From NCBI GenBank assembly GCA_963701295.1, contig OY969585.1, positions 3,136,001 to 3,200,000 on the forward strand: a stretch of 64,000 bases of DNA, given 5' to 3'. This document shows, in pieces, positions 10,811-21,372 of the stretch. A model generated the notes under the pieces. The model saw only the letters and a list, made by a program, of their open reading frames with translations. It was not told the DNA's origin and did no database searches. How positions within the stretch are numbered: position 1 is the first letter of the stretch; every line of letters starts with the position of its first letter. The position numbers were made by a program, and so were the translations under genes. This DNA is from Ignavibacteriota bacterium (GTDB lineage Bacteria; Bacteroidota; Ignavibacteria; UBA10030).

Positions 10811-12190
10811 CTATATCACCTGTGTCCATGAGAGACCATACGAACTTGCCGTCGCGTTCGGCGTTATGCCCAGTCCGGGTCCATTTGGTACATATGAATG
10901 TCCGTCGCTTTGAATAAACGGCCTTATAAAACCGTCAACCACGCTGTCAAACCAGGAGTTGCACGAATCGTCTACATGGTGGTATTCCAAGGCGAGAAAA
11001 TCGGGGATGCCCGCGGCAATTTGAAGGTTGGCTGCAAACGAGAACGGCCCCCCAGCGAAGTGTAACGCAGTAAGAATGCCTTTCGAATGCGCATACAAGG
11101 CGGCACGGCTGGTCTCGTGTATCCCTCCGAAAGAGGCTTGATCCGGGTGAATATAATCCAACCTCCCCGCATCGATCCATGGCTTGATCTCGCTAAAGCT
11201 ATAAATGTCCTCACCGGTAAGAATCGGCATATCTGTACCGGCGGTTACCTGTGCGAATTGATCGGGATACCACCATTGGATGATGTCTTCCATCCATCCC
11301 CCGTTCATACCCTGATTGTTCGACTCCGACATAAGATTGGCAAGATTAACAGCCGAAGGAACATCGAGATTAATTTTACTGGCCCACCCTTGATAGTGAT
11401 CGGATGAGAGAGGATAATCAGGGCCGATCAAGCTTCGATATTGCCCGGCGTAGTTCGCAAACTTTTGAAGCCCCGAATCTTTAATAGTATAGCATGTGTA
11501 AGGATAGCCGCTTTCGGATTGTGAGGTGTAATCGGTATTCATAGTGCACAGGGAAGTAAGAGTCATATCCGCTTTAAACCATGTAAACCCCATGTCTAAC
11601 CGGGCCTGGACGTATTGCGGCAATGTGTCCGCGGTCCTCTCAGTAGTGTCGCAATATAATCGCACTTTATCTCTGAGTTTAGGGCCGATGAGTTTCCATA
11701 TCGGCATGTTATACACTTTGCCGATAATGTCCCAGCAGGCCACCTCGATGCCGCAAAATGCTCCTGAGCGTGGCGGAATCAGGCTCATGGAGTAGGCGCT
11801 GCGCGGATCGTAATAAGCCAGGATGGCATTGTTCATTGCATTGAAAACTCTGTCAACCTGAGTAGGGTTCATTCCAATAACGGCCGGCTTGAGGTAGCTC
11901 AGGTCGGTTGCAACATAGCCGTCGTTTTCACGGCATTCGCCATATCCCGAAATCCCTTTATTCGTATCGAGACGAACAATAACACCGCCACATCCACTCA
12001 GTTGCCCTATGTACATATCGGTAATATAGATCCCCTTTTCGCCGGGGGTAATTGCAGCCCTGGCGAAGTTAAATGGGTCTATTATGCCTGCAATCCCCGT
12101 TGTCGCGGCAGCGGTGACACCAAGCATCTTTAGAAACTTGCGTCTCACCATAGATGAGGAGCTGATTTTAATTCCAGCGTTGTTGGCCAT
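10811..12190 (-). CDS. Tat-exported mandelate racemase/muconate lactonizing enzyme family protein
   Basis: RRKFLK twin-arginine signal; G..GYGE, ACWDI.GK, W.ED and TGED motifs. Confidence 0.85.
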   Translation of the reverse strand: MANNAGIKISSSSMVRRKFLKMLGVTAAATTGIAGIIDPFNFARAAITPGEKGIYITDMYIGQLSGCGGVIVRLDTNKGISGYGECRENDGYVATDLSYLKPAVIGMNPTQVDRVFNAMNNAILAYYDPRSAYSMSLIPPRSGAFCGIEVACWDIIGKVYNMPIWKLIGPKLRDKVRLYCDTTERTADTLPQYVQARLDMGFTWFKADMTLTSLCTMNTDYTSQSESGYPYTCYTIKDSGLQKFANYAGQYRSLIGPDYPLSSDHYQGWASKINLDVPSAVNLANLMSESNNQGMNGGWMEDIIQWWYPDQFAQVTAGTDMPILTGEDIYSFSEIKPWIDAGRLDYIHPDQASFGGIHETSRAALYAHSKGILTALHFAGGPFSFAANLQIAAGIPDFLALEYHHVDDSCNSWFDSVVDGFIRPFIQSDGHSYVPNGPGLGITPNATASSYGLSWTQVI

Positions 12191-12257
12191 AAATGGTACA
12201 CTTCTTCATAGATGAGGAATGATTTAGTGATTATTTTATATAAGCATAAGACTTTCA

Positions 12258-12412
12258 GCAAGCAGGATCTGCGCTAAGCTGCGGCGCTGATAAATTTCAA
12301 AATGCACCCAACGAAACAAGTTCATGTTGGCTCTTTCAATTTTGTACTGACCTATGCGCGCCATGCTTAACGTACTCACGCTTATTCCGTCAGCTTGAGC
12401 GCCTGGTTAGGC
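12258..12412 (-). repeat. attC site with degenerate R'
   Basis: GCGCTAAGCTGCGGC...CCGTCAGCTTGAGCGCCTGGTTAGGC; CTAAC box lost. Confidence 0.8.
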
Positions 12413-12420
12413 AACAAAAG

Positions 12421-13273
12421 TTATTTGATATTATATTGTTTCATTAATTCTAGAAGATCTGTTGATGTAACTGCATGTCCCAAGACAAGCTGCGTCTGAC
12501 TTCTAAGATAATTTAGGACTTCTGCTACAACCTGCCCCTCTGTAACAGTGTCTTTTTTCCCGCTGTCTGATATTTTATAGAATGAAAAACCATATTTTTG
12601 TTTAGATAATGCATCTAAAGCACTCTCAATATCCGAGGGAATGGGTGCAAGCTTGCTAGACACCACTCCAATAACTTCACCATCATCAATGTCTAGTACC
12701 TGGACCGCCAGAATTTCCACTGTTAAATGCTGCATTTACAACCCACCGTAAAGACAATTGTCCAGATGACGTTAGAACTTGATCAATACCAGATAAATAT
12801 CCTACAGTCAGTAAAGGTGAAACACCATTGTAACCAGAAGGAAAACCCCAAGTTGTGATAGTGGATCCAGTCATTATTTCTGTCTTTGTGCTAAGTCTTA
12901 GCAATGGAACTTTTAGAGACGATGAGGGTTTGAGAATTGCTAAATCTTTGTTTGCATCGCTTATTACTGAATCCACTTTTGATTTTTGACCATTAGAATA
13001 TATTAGAAGTATTTCTTGTTTTGGACAATTTGCGATCACATGTGCGGCTGTAGCAATCCAGTCATTGGTAACAAAAAAACCTGTTCCACCCATTCTCGTA
13101 TTCAAGCAGATAATCCGCAGGACTGCTTGGTTAGCGATTTTGCCCATTTTACCGGGAGATTCATTTGTTATTGGTGCTGAAATTAATATAGAGTTTCGAT
13201 CTGTTTGTCCAGTACAAATAGTGACGAAAATTAATTCTACAGCAAACAAAATAGCGAGCATAAATGTTTTCAT
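12421..13273 (-). pseudogene. Trypsin-like serine protease, frameshifted near 12700
   Basis: GTGF, TAAHV, DLAIL and GNSGGP; continues as VLDIDDGEVIGVV in another frame. Confidence 0.82.
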
Positions 13274-13291
13274 AAAATGACTCCTTTTGCT

Positions 13292-13388
13292 GCCTAACGA
13301 CCGGCGCTAAGCTGCGGCAACAATTCTTTTTCACTTGCTTATCCATCCCTCGATACCGGTCAGGTCAAGTTTGAGCGCCTGGTTAGGC
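13292..13388 (-). repeat. attC site (97 bp, short/degenerate)
   Basis: Consensus outer arms, short centre. Confidence 0.78.
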
Positions 13389-13893
13389 CGTGCCCGATTT
13401 GATCAAGTAACTCAACACGGTCATGATTTCGTCGAACGAACCAATCCGCCAGTAATGGACGATATTCTCGCTGCCACTCTTCGGGAAGAAGAAAGAAATC
13501 GCCTGCAACTTCCCTGCGACATCGCTTTGATCCACAATGGCATGGCCAAGATGTGCCGCCGGTAATATTAATGTTGTAATCAATTGTGATCTCTTCTCCT
13601 GTTGAGATTCCTCGGCGAGCAACAAGGTATGATATTTCTCCTTCAAATAATTGATAGGCATTTGGATCGCAACAGTGATTGACATGGCGATCTGGAAATC
13701 CTAACAGTAGCACTTTACCGTCGGGATAGTCACAATGGTCTATTCGCTCACCGAGTTCCTCTCGGATAGGGGAGTCGACTGTAATTTCTCGAATGACATT
13801 GACACGGCTAATACGCTCGCCAATTCGAAACGGTCGTACCGCAAATATTCCCAAGCCCTGAATGGAAGATGTTTTGACTTCAATGTTGTTCAT
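13360..13893 (-). CDS. SET domain protein (with post-SET cysteines)
   Basis: G.GIFA, NHCCDPN, GEEITIDY and C.CGS..CR. Confidence 0.9.
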   Translation of the reverse strand: MNNIEVKTSSIQGLGIFAVRPFRIGERISRVNVIREITVDSPIREELGERIDHCDYPDGKVLLLGFPDRHVNHCCDPNAYQLFEGEISYLVARRGISTGEEITIDYNINITGGTSWPCHCGSKRCRREVAGDFFLLPEEWQREYRPLLADWFVRRNHDRVELLDQIGHGLTRRSNLT

Positions 13894-13927
13894 AATGAAA
13901 TCGAATTAGCTAACTGCTTTTCACACG

Positions 13928-14079
13928 GCCTAACGGATCGACGCTAAGCTGCGACGATGAATACTTTCAAAGTGTACTATCACCGCGCAAGATTGATAAC
14001 TTAAATTCATAATCTAAACTTTCCACGCGCGGTAATTTGTACAATTGCTCCAACCGTCAGCTTGAGCGCCTGGTTAGGG
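13928..14079 (-). repeat. attC site (152 bp)
   Basis: Consensus arms. Confidence 0.88.
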
Positions 14080-14093
14080 CGCAAACCTTATTA

Positions 14094-14492
14094 TTAAATT
14101 CTGCGTTCTTCAACAATAGTTCCTTGGTGATACACAATCTTCCAATTATCATTTGAGCGGCGCCAAATGGTTGCTCTCCGCGTTATCCGATCTCTCTGAA
14201 TCAAAGTGTAGGTAACAAGTTAATGATCCGTGGCTATTTCAAGGCAATCAAAGTCCTTTGTTTTCCAAATATCTTCGGTTGGATTTTTAAACCGTTTTTC
14301 CAATTCTTCTAAGACATATTCACGATTGTAACGTCTACCTGAAGCTCCGACTTCCCAGAAAGTCGTTTCTGTCATATTCTCAAAATCCTTACGAGTAGTT
14401 CCATATTCTGGCCGATGAAAGATAGGTTCAAGCTTCATCAGTTCTTTCAATACATCCGTTGTCTTTTGTTCTGCGATTGAATGTGATACCAT
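14094..14492 (-). pseudogene. DUF4440/NTF2-like protein with in-frame stop at 14220
   Basis: F.EVGASGRRY; after the TAA the frame continues LVTYTL...RRATIW...WKIVYHQGT. Confidence 0.8.
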
Positions 14493-14523
14493 ATGTTTTC
14501 TTTTATTGAGGAAATTGTTTGCG

Positions 14524-14686
14524 CCCTAACGGACCGGCGCTAAGCTGCGGCGCTGATAATTTTCGTAATGCAACCAACGAAACAAGTTCATGCTTATAAC
14601 CAAATTGATAAGTATCAAAGTTATAGGTACTAAAAACCGAATAATAAAAACGAAAGCCCACCACAAGCAATGCTTAACGTACTCAA
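14524..14686 (-). repeat. Truncated long attC (L''/R'' arm missing)
   Basis: Consensus from CCCTAAC to CTTAACGTACTCA, then unrelated sequence. Confidence 0.8.
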
Positions 14687-14714
14687 TAACTACCTTCATC
14701 GTGTGAGCACAATG

Positions 14715-15648
14715 CTACTTCGATTCTTTCCTACCTTGAATATTCAAAAGTGGTGTCAATTTTTGGTCGTACGGCAAAATAATTGTCGAGTTATTGGGAC
14801 TATTCACTACATCTTTGAGCTGGGAGATGTAATACCATTGCAGATAATTCTGCGTCAATCCATTGCCAATTATTTTTTGAGCATTCGAAATACCCTGAGC
14901 CTCAATTGCTTTTCGTTGCGCCTCCTTCTGAGCATACTGTATGGTATACTCCATTTGTTGCGCTTCCTGAGAAGCTTTAAGTTTTGCCGCAATGGCATCG
15001 CTGACAGTTGCCGGTGGTTCTACATTTCTAATAAGCACATTATCCAAAATTACGCCTTTACCGTTCAATTCCTGCAGCAATAATTCAGTAACCATCTTCG
15101 TATAGGCATCTCTTTGGAGAGACATAACATCGCTTGCGTCAAACTTCGTGGCAGCATTTACCAGGGCAGTTCTAATGGCTGGCCTTACAATCACTTCTTC
15201 ATAGTTAAGCCCAATATTGCTGTAAACATTATTTGCTTGCGATGGATCTAAATGATACCAAACAGCTGACATCAAATTTCAGAATAAGTTGATCGCGGGA
15301 TAATGTGGCAACAGCATCATCACCGACCTTATTCCCTTCGTTTTTGACTGAAGACATAGTGTAGTCTTTCGTTTGAATAGACATTTTATACACATCAGTT
15401 AAAAAAAAGATCGGATGAATACCGGCTGGGAGAGACTGTGAACCAACATTGCCAAACGTAACAGGAACTCCTACATATCCTGGTTCAATAATCGTAAAAG
15501 AAGCAGAAAGCAAGGATAATACTGCCAATCCAAGACTTGCAAATCCGAGTTTCTTAAAATTAAAGGGGTAAGAGACATTCCGTGGCTTAACGGTCAGCAG
15601 AGCAATTCCTACAGCAGCAAACAACACAATAAAGAATGAAGCGGTCAT
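14715..15648 (-). pseudogene. SPFH/prohibitin family protein, frameshifted near 15270
   Basis: N-terminal TMs with I.PG.VGV...FG; C-terminal part I..K..A.Q.A..M...EA..K.IEA.G. Confidence 0.82.
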
Positions 15649-15787
15649 GATTTTCTCCTTTGTTTTTTGTTCTTATTACTAATTTTTGATATTACAATTT
15701 ACAAATTTCTAGAGCACTCCGCGAGCGTCTATATATTTCCTTCTGCTTATAAACTTGTTCGTGCGGGATATTGCATCCGCGTTCTGA

Positions 15788-15815
15788 CCGTTAGCATGAG
15801 CCGCCGATTAGGCGG
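15788..15815 (-). repeat. Degenerate half attC (L''/R'' arm only)
   Basis: CCGTTAGCATGAGCCGCCGATTAGGCGG. Confidence 0.6.
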
Positions 15816-15863
15816 TACCCAGAGATGCGTTCATAAAATGTGATAGAGTCTCACAATAATCAC

Positions 15864-17042
15864 TTAGTGTTTTATTGGGGAAAGTTTTTTCAACATATCT
15901 ACGGCATTAGTATTTTTTGGATCCAACTCAAGAGATTTCTTGTAGTTCACAATCGCAAGATCATTGTTTCCGTCATCCATGTACGCTTCACCCAGACTAT
16001 CGTACACATTTGATGACGCGGGGTAGGCCTCGACATTAAGCTGTAAAATCTGAATAGCTTCTTTTGTTTTTTTCATATTTAGGAGTGCATAACCAAGATC
16101 ATTCAATTCATTTTCACCAAGGTTATAGTTGTTTGGTTCATTTTGCTTTAGACGATGGTATTGAGCTAATGCGGAGCCAATACCTTTCTGTCTTATTGTC
16201 GAAAACAACGACTCAAGTATTGTCTTCTTACTGTAGGCCAATTTAATTCCCGTCGTCAATGCTTCTCCCGGGGTGGCGAAATGCTCGACATTATTGAGAT
16301 TTTCGAACTCCATTTCCAAGCCTGCGTAGTTCCTTTTCGCTATGACGTCTGAGAATTCTGCAATTCGCTTTGGAAGTCCTTCCGCAAGAATCAGTTTTAC
16401 AGGAAGATCGGTATGCCTTCGTGCGTAGTCAACTTCGACGTCAAAGAATCTATCATCAAACCCTTCGAGTACGATGTACCGCCTGAAAAGTGTCGGTTCT
16501 TGGAAAAGTGCGTAGAAACCAAAATATGCTCCTTGTGAACCTCCCAACAGAGTACGATCCGTCGAATCCGCTTTAAGATGGGTTTCTACATAGGGAATCA
16601 GTTCTTCTCGAAGAAATCGTAGATATTTTTCAGCTCCAAGTGTAAATGGGTCGAAATCCCTATTGCGCATGTTCTTTCCGCCCTCTTTGGGTAGTAGTTT
16701 ACTACCATACGCGGGGCTCACAATGATAAGCTTAGGCACAAAGTGTCCGTAGTATAGATATTGTACTATGTCTGTGACCATAGCAAACATATGATCTCCA
16801 TCTAAAAGATAGAGCACCGGATAGGATTTAATGGAATCATTGTATCCTTGTGGAAACCATATCTTGATGAAATAATCCGTGCCTGTGTTGATCGAATGAA
16901 TCTGCCTCAGTTCAGTGCCATCAATAGGAACTTTCGGATAGACTGTCCTGGCAGTTGAGTCATTTTGCGCACTGACATTGCTGCAAATACTCAACAATGC
17001 ATATAAAAGAGCACCTACTAGAAAAGTGAAATGTTTTTTCAT
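15864..17042 (-). CDS. IroE-like alpha/beta hydrolase with C-terminal TPR
   Basis: YPVLYLLDGD, G.SQG and N.YDSLGEAY TPR. Confidence 0.85.
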   Translation of the reverse strand: MKKHFTFLVGALLYALLSICSNVSAQNDSTARTVYPKVPIDGTELRQIHSINTGTDYFIKIWFPQGYNDSIKSYPVLYLLDGDHMFAMVTDIVQYLYYGHFVPKLIIVSPAYGSKLLPKEGGKNMRNRDFDPFTLGAEKYLRFLREELIPYVETHLKADSTDRTLLGGSQGAYFGFYALFQEPTLFRRYIVLEGFDDRFFDVEVDYARRHTDLPVKLILAEGLPKRIAEFSDVIAKRNYAGLEMEFENLNNVEHFATPGEALTTGIKLAYSKKTILESLFSTIRQKGIGSALAQYHRLKQNEPNNYNLGENELNDLGYALLNMKKTKEAIQILQLNVEAYPASSNVYDSLGEAYMDDGNNDLAIVNYKKSLELDPKNTNAVDMLKKLSPIKH

Positions 17043-17128
17043 GACTATTCCCTCCTATGTTTGATTTGTTGTTCGCGCATCAGCCTAGCAACGATAACCT
17101 ATTGCACAGTTGATAAACGTACAGCACC

Positions 17129-17170
17129 GCCTAACGGATCGGCGCTAAGCTGCCGCACTGATTACTTTCG
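17129..17170 (-). repeat. Half attC (R'/L' arm only)
   Basis: GCCTAACGGATCGGCGCTAAGCTGCCGCACTGA. Confidence 0.75.
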
Positions 17171-17271
17171 ATATCGTTCTTTATTATCTTCAACCCATGA
17201 GTACATTTGCTTCCCTCTACTATCGAAGAATGCATTTTGCTCAAACATTCAGGGAAAAACGAGCAACTTTC

Positions 17272-19953
17272 TCACTTTAATAGAATAAGTGCCTTCGTCT
17301 TAACAAAGTCACCTGTGTGTAATTGATAGAGATATACACCGCTGGAAAAGTTTTGGGCATCCCATTCCACCGAATAGGAACCAGGTTCTTTCCATTGATC
17401 AATGAGAACAGCAACTTCTCTACCAAGGAGATCATAAATCCTTAGTGAAACTTGACTCTTTTTTTGAATAGAAAATGAAATCTTGGTTGATGCATTGAAT
17501 GGATTGGGGTAATTCTGCTGCAAATTCAATTGACATGGAAGAGCATGACTCAGAGAAACAGATGTAATCCCTATCTCAGAACCATTGTAATGAATGACCG
17601 TATCGAATTTACTGGGACTAATTATACCAATACCCTTTCCAGTATCCACCCAAATGATATTGAAAATTTTATTTTGAGACATACCATTAAATGTTCCCTG
17701 TCTAGATCCGATGGTTAGCTGTTTTGAAGAATCATGATAAGTAATCGGGATAACTGAATATACTCCTCGTTCATAATTGTAGTTGTCATTTTCGTCTTCG
17801 TATAATGTGAATTGTCCATCCGCACCTCGATAAATTCGCAGTTCGAGCGTATCTGCAGGTTTTTCAGTGGCATATTGCATAAAAGGTCCTATCGGAATGA
17901 TGGAACCGGCTTTCACGAATAAAGGGATAGTTTCAATTGGTGCTTGAGCATCAATCGTTTGACCACCATTAAGAGATTCACCTGTCCAGAAATTATACCA
18001 TATGGTTGATTTCGGCAAATAAACTTTTCGCGTTTTAGATGTGTTGGTGCTAGTACTATATGATTGAGTGGTTACCGGATTTACAAGAAATGCCGGACCA
18101 AACATATATTGATCCTGAATATTAGTAATTGCTACGTCCGTTCGAAAATCAAAAGCAAGCGCTCGCATGATTGTATAGGATTCGTTGGTAACCTTCCAGG
18201 CGAGGGAATAGATATACGGTAGGAGTCGGTACCGCAGGTTATCGTAATTCAATAAAATTGATTTTGTATTTGCATCCCAGTTATTTGAAAACAACGCGCG
18301 TTCGCCTTTTCCATGAATTCTAAATATCGGACAGAAAGTGCCAAATTGGAACCAACGAGTAAACAATTCTCTGTTTGCAGCGGTTGTCCAATCGGGAGAT
18401 GTCCAGTTTAAATGATACCCTCCAATATCTGACGTCCAATATGGAATCCCGGAGACACAGGCGTTAATTGCCTGAGGCACTTGAATTGTATAAGAACTGA
18501 AGGTACACGTAATATCGGACGACCAAAGGGTTGTTGCATTTCGCTGCTGTCCGGCAAATGCCTGACGCACAAGGAAGAATGCTCGCTTTCCTGATATATC
18601 AGTTCTCCAGTTCTTATAAAGACCAATAGTATGTGTTAAGGAATAGGTATTGAAATAATCGATCCCTTTGCCAAGTGCAAAAATACTTTTTCTGCGTGCA
18701 TCTAGAAGTCCCCCATTGTCCGGTTCGCATTGGTCTACCCACCATGCATCCCATCCATAAGGAGTAATAAGACTATTATTCGCCTGTCTCCAATATATAT
18801 CTCGCGCATTGGAATTATGAGCATCATAGTATGTGTCATAATTATGTGTCATCACATCCTGCCAGGTAATATCAGTCAATCCTCCTGCGTTCTTCAACTC
18901 ATTAAAATTATTTGTTCCGCTTGCGAAAACCGGCCAAATCGAAATCATCGCATGAATGTTTGCTTTGTGTAACGAATCCACCATCGCTTTGGGATTAGGA
19001 TATCTGGTAGGGTTCATCACGTGCGAACCGATTACATCTGGTTCCCAGTAATACCAATCCTGAACGATGCAATCAACAGGGATGTGATTGTTTCGGTAAT
19101 TGTCTTTGACGGATAACACTTCAGCCTGGCTCTGATACCTATCCTGCGATTGAAACAATCCAAAACTCCACTTGGGAAACATTGGAGTCTGGCCAGTGGC
19201 TTCGCGGTAAAGTGAGATGATATGATCAAAGTCCGGACCGTAGAAAAAATAATAATCTACCATCGTACCGCTCTCCGATACATATTTGTATTTTGTATTG
19301 CCTGCCTCAGCACCATAAAAATTCGATGCCGAGTAGTTATCCCACATAAGTCCATACCCTTTGTTGGATAGTAAAACCGGAATTGCGCCAGTCATATATT
19401 GGATAGCCATATCCTGATTTCGGCCTTTGTAATTCATGGATCCGGCATCTGTCGGATGACAGCCCAATCCAAACAAAGCTTCATCCGCAGGAGATTGAAA
19501 GAGTGTTTCACTATTGTATGTATTGATGCCGGCAATGGTCGCCGCCGTCATATTCTTTCCTACAGAATCATCTTCGGCAAGTATAAGCGCACCATTAAGT
19601 TCGGTATACTGGATTGAATTGGTCAACTTTGTCAATTTGATTTTTATTTTACCGGTTGAAATAATTATCTCGGTTGAGCTTTCAGCAACTTGAAACTGAG
19701 GCTGAGTTATCCACGAGTTTGTTACTACCAAGGACGTTTTTGAAGAGAGTGCCGTCAACGATGTATATTTTACTTCAACGACATCCTCTTTACAAATTTT
19801 AATCTTCATGAAACCATTATCCAATGTGCATGTGATTCCATCGGCATCAGTTGTATACGATACTATGGAAGCCAGCGCAGTGTGACTGACTACGAAGAAA
19901 ATTAGGACAATTGTTATCGAGACAATGATACATTTATATTTAGACTTGTTCAT
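17272..19953 (-). CDS. GH31 alpha-xylosidase-like enzyme with T9SS CTD
   Basis: D.IVQDW, WWVD..EPD, WS.DI, DIGG and RWFQFG; QNYPNPFN CTD. Confidence 0.9.
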   Translation of the reverse strand: MNKSKYKCIIVSITIVLIFFVVSHTALASIVSYTTDADGITCTLDNGFMKIKICKEDVVEVKYTSLTALSSKTSLVVTNSWITQPQFQVAESSTEIIISTGKIKIKLTKLTNSIQYTELNGALILAEDDSVGKNMTAATIAGINTYNSETLFQSPADEALFGLGCHPTDAGSMNYKGRNQDMAIQYMTGAIPVLLSNKGYGLMWDNYSASNFYGAEAGNTKYKYVSESGTMVDYYFFYGPDFDHIISLYREATGQTPMFPKWSFGLFQSQDRYQSQAEVLSVKDNYRNNHIPVDCIVQDWYYWEPDVIGSHVMNPTRYPNPKAMVDSLHKANIHAMISIWPVFASGTNNFNELKNAGGLTDITWQDVMTHNYDTYYDAHNSNARDIYWRQANNSLITPYGWDAWWVDQCEPDNGGLLDARRKSIFALGKGIDYFNTYSLTHTIGLYKNWRTDISGKRAFFLVRQAFAGQQRNATTLWSSDITCTFSSYTIQVPQAINACVSGIPYWTSDIGGYHLNWTSPDWTTAANRELFTRWFQFGTFCPIFRIHGKGERALFSNNWDANTKSILLNYDNLRYRLLPYIYSLAWKVTNESYTIMRALAFDFRTDVAITNIQDQYMFGPAFLVNPVTTQSYSTSTNTSKTRKVYLPKSTIWYNFWTGESLNGGQTIDAQAPIETIPLFVKAGSIIPIGPFMQYATEKPADTLELRIYRGADGQFTLYEDENDNYNYERGVYSVIPITYHDSSKQLTIGSRQGTFNGMSQNKIFNIIWVDTGKGIGIISPSKFDTVIHYNGSEIGITSVSLSHALPCQLNLQQNYPNPFNASTKISFSIQKKSQVSLRIYDLLGREVAVLIDQWKEPGSYSVEWDAQNFSSGVYLYQLHTGDFVKTKALILLK

Positions 19954-20077
19954 AATAAATCAATCCTTTATTGGAGACCTATACTCTATCATTCGTACAT
20001 AAGATAGTCTAATATATGCATAAATTATTAACGCACATAGAGACGAGGAAATTGTGAAGAAATAATGTTATTGCAGG

Positions 20078-20112
20078 GAGCCCATTCCGTCAGCTTGAGC
20101 GCCTGGTTAGGC
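20078..20112 (-). repeat. Half attC (L''/R'' arm only)
   Basis: GAGCCCATTCCGTCAGCTTGAGCGCCTGGTTAGGC with no partner arm nearby. Confidence 0.78.
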
Positions 20113-20122
20113 TGCCTTCTTA

Positions 20123-20497
20123 TTACTTACTCTTAAGCCAAGTTCTCGCGGCATCTATATCTGTAAACCATTTTAACGACAGGCCAGCATTCTTGGCCGA
20201 AATCTCCTGAAACGATTGCAGACCTGCATTCTCTTCGAGATCTACGACAGCTATCTTTATCCTCGATCTGTCTGCAGGATAATCTCTGACACGAAAATAG
20301 GATTCTGCAAATGCAAAACGTCCCTTTGCCGAACGAACATCTATGAGTTGCGCATAAACATTCATTGAATTTCCAATGGCATTTACTTCACTCAGTAGTT
20401 TATCAACCGCGTTCGATAGTACTTCACCTGTGATAATGATTTCACAGATTCCTTCATTCAAAGATGTCGCAAGTTGATACTCCTTATTATCTTTCAT
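20123..20497 (-). CDS. STAS/SpoIIAA-like small protein
   Basis: LIDVR...KIAVV...F.DIDAA..WL pattern. Confidence 0.65.
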   Translation of the reverse strand: MKDNKEYQLATSLNEGICEIIITGEVLSNAVDKLLSEVNAIGNSMNVYAQLIDVRSAKGRFAFAESYFRVRDYPADRSRIKIAVVDLEENAGLQSFQEISAKNAGLSLKWFTDIDAARTWLKSK

Positions 20498-20516
20498 TGC
20501 TGATCCCCTTGAGACC

Positions 20517-20674
20517 GCCTAACGGACCGGCGCTAAGCTGCGGCGTTGATAACTTTCGTAATGCACTAAACTAACGAGTTCATGCTGATGAATAAATTAT
20601 TAAGCATCTAAAACTTTAAGTGCAATGTAAATTGCTCCCAAGCTCACTCCGTCAGCTTGAGCGTCTGGTTAGGC
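20517..20674 (-). repeat. attC site (158 bp)
   Basis: Consensus arms. Confidence 0.9.
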
Positions 20675-21358
20675 AGCGGGTTTGCTCCCTCCATATACGG
20701 CAAAGTTATAGTACTTCCAAAGGACATCAATTTGAACAAAGCCGATTTCCTGTAACCAAGTCAATTGGTTGATTAAGTTTGCCGGATGATCCTCGACGTA
20801 ATGCTTAGGTATCCACTTTTGTTCAATTTCCTCTATAGGAACTTGTAGACACATATACTCTCTCCATTTCACTATATAAAGCCCTTGCAGATGAGAACCA
20901 GAACCAAGAACATTATCAGCGTTATAAAAAACACCACCGGGATTTAAACAGGAATAAATCTTTTTATAAAACTTAATTTTGTTGTCATCACTAAGTAAAT
21001 GATGCAATGAAAGTGATGATATTGCTACGTCATAGACTGAATCAAACTCATAATGTTCAAAGTTTGCAATTTGATAACGCACATTTTCTCCGACACCGAG
21101 TTTCGTCTGTGCTACTTGTAGCATCTTTTCAGCGATATCAACACAGGTAATAGTAGCTTGAGGAAAAACATCCTTAATCCGTTTTGCAATTGTGCCTGTT
21201 CCACATCCAAGATCAATTACGCGAATTGCCTGATTCTTATTAAATGGCAAAGCTGCAATGAGTGCATCAAGCATTTGTTCATAGTAAGGAATGAGCCGAC
21301 GAATAATCGCGTCAAACTCTTGGGCCTCTTCTTCAAAGTGCTGTTTAACATTTTCCAT
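20669..21358 (-). CDS. Class I SAM-dependent methyltransferase (CmoA-like)
   Basis: IDLGCGTG, SSLSLHHL and LNPGGVFYNAD. Confidence 0.9.
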   Translation of the reverse strand: MENVKQHFEEEAQEFDAIIRRLIPYYEQMLDALIAALPFNKNQAIRVIDLGCGTGTIAKRIKDVFPQATITCVDIAEKMLQVAQTKLGVGENVRYQIANFEHYEFDSVYDVAISSLSLHHLLSDDNKIKFYKKIYSCLNPGGVFYNADNVLGSGSHLQGLYIVKWREYMCLQVPIEEIEQKWIPKHYVEDHPANLINQLTWLQEIGFVQIDVLWKYYNFAVYGGSKPAA

Positions 21359-21372
21359 TTTCTTTTCTCACC

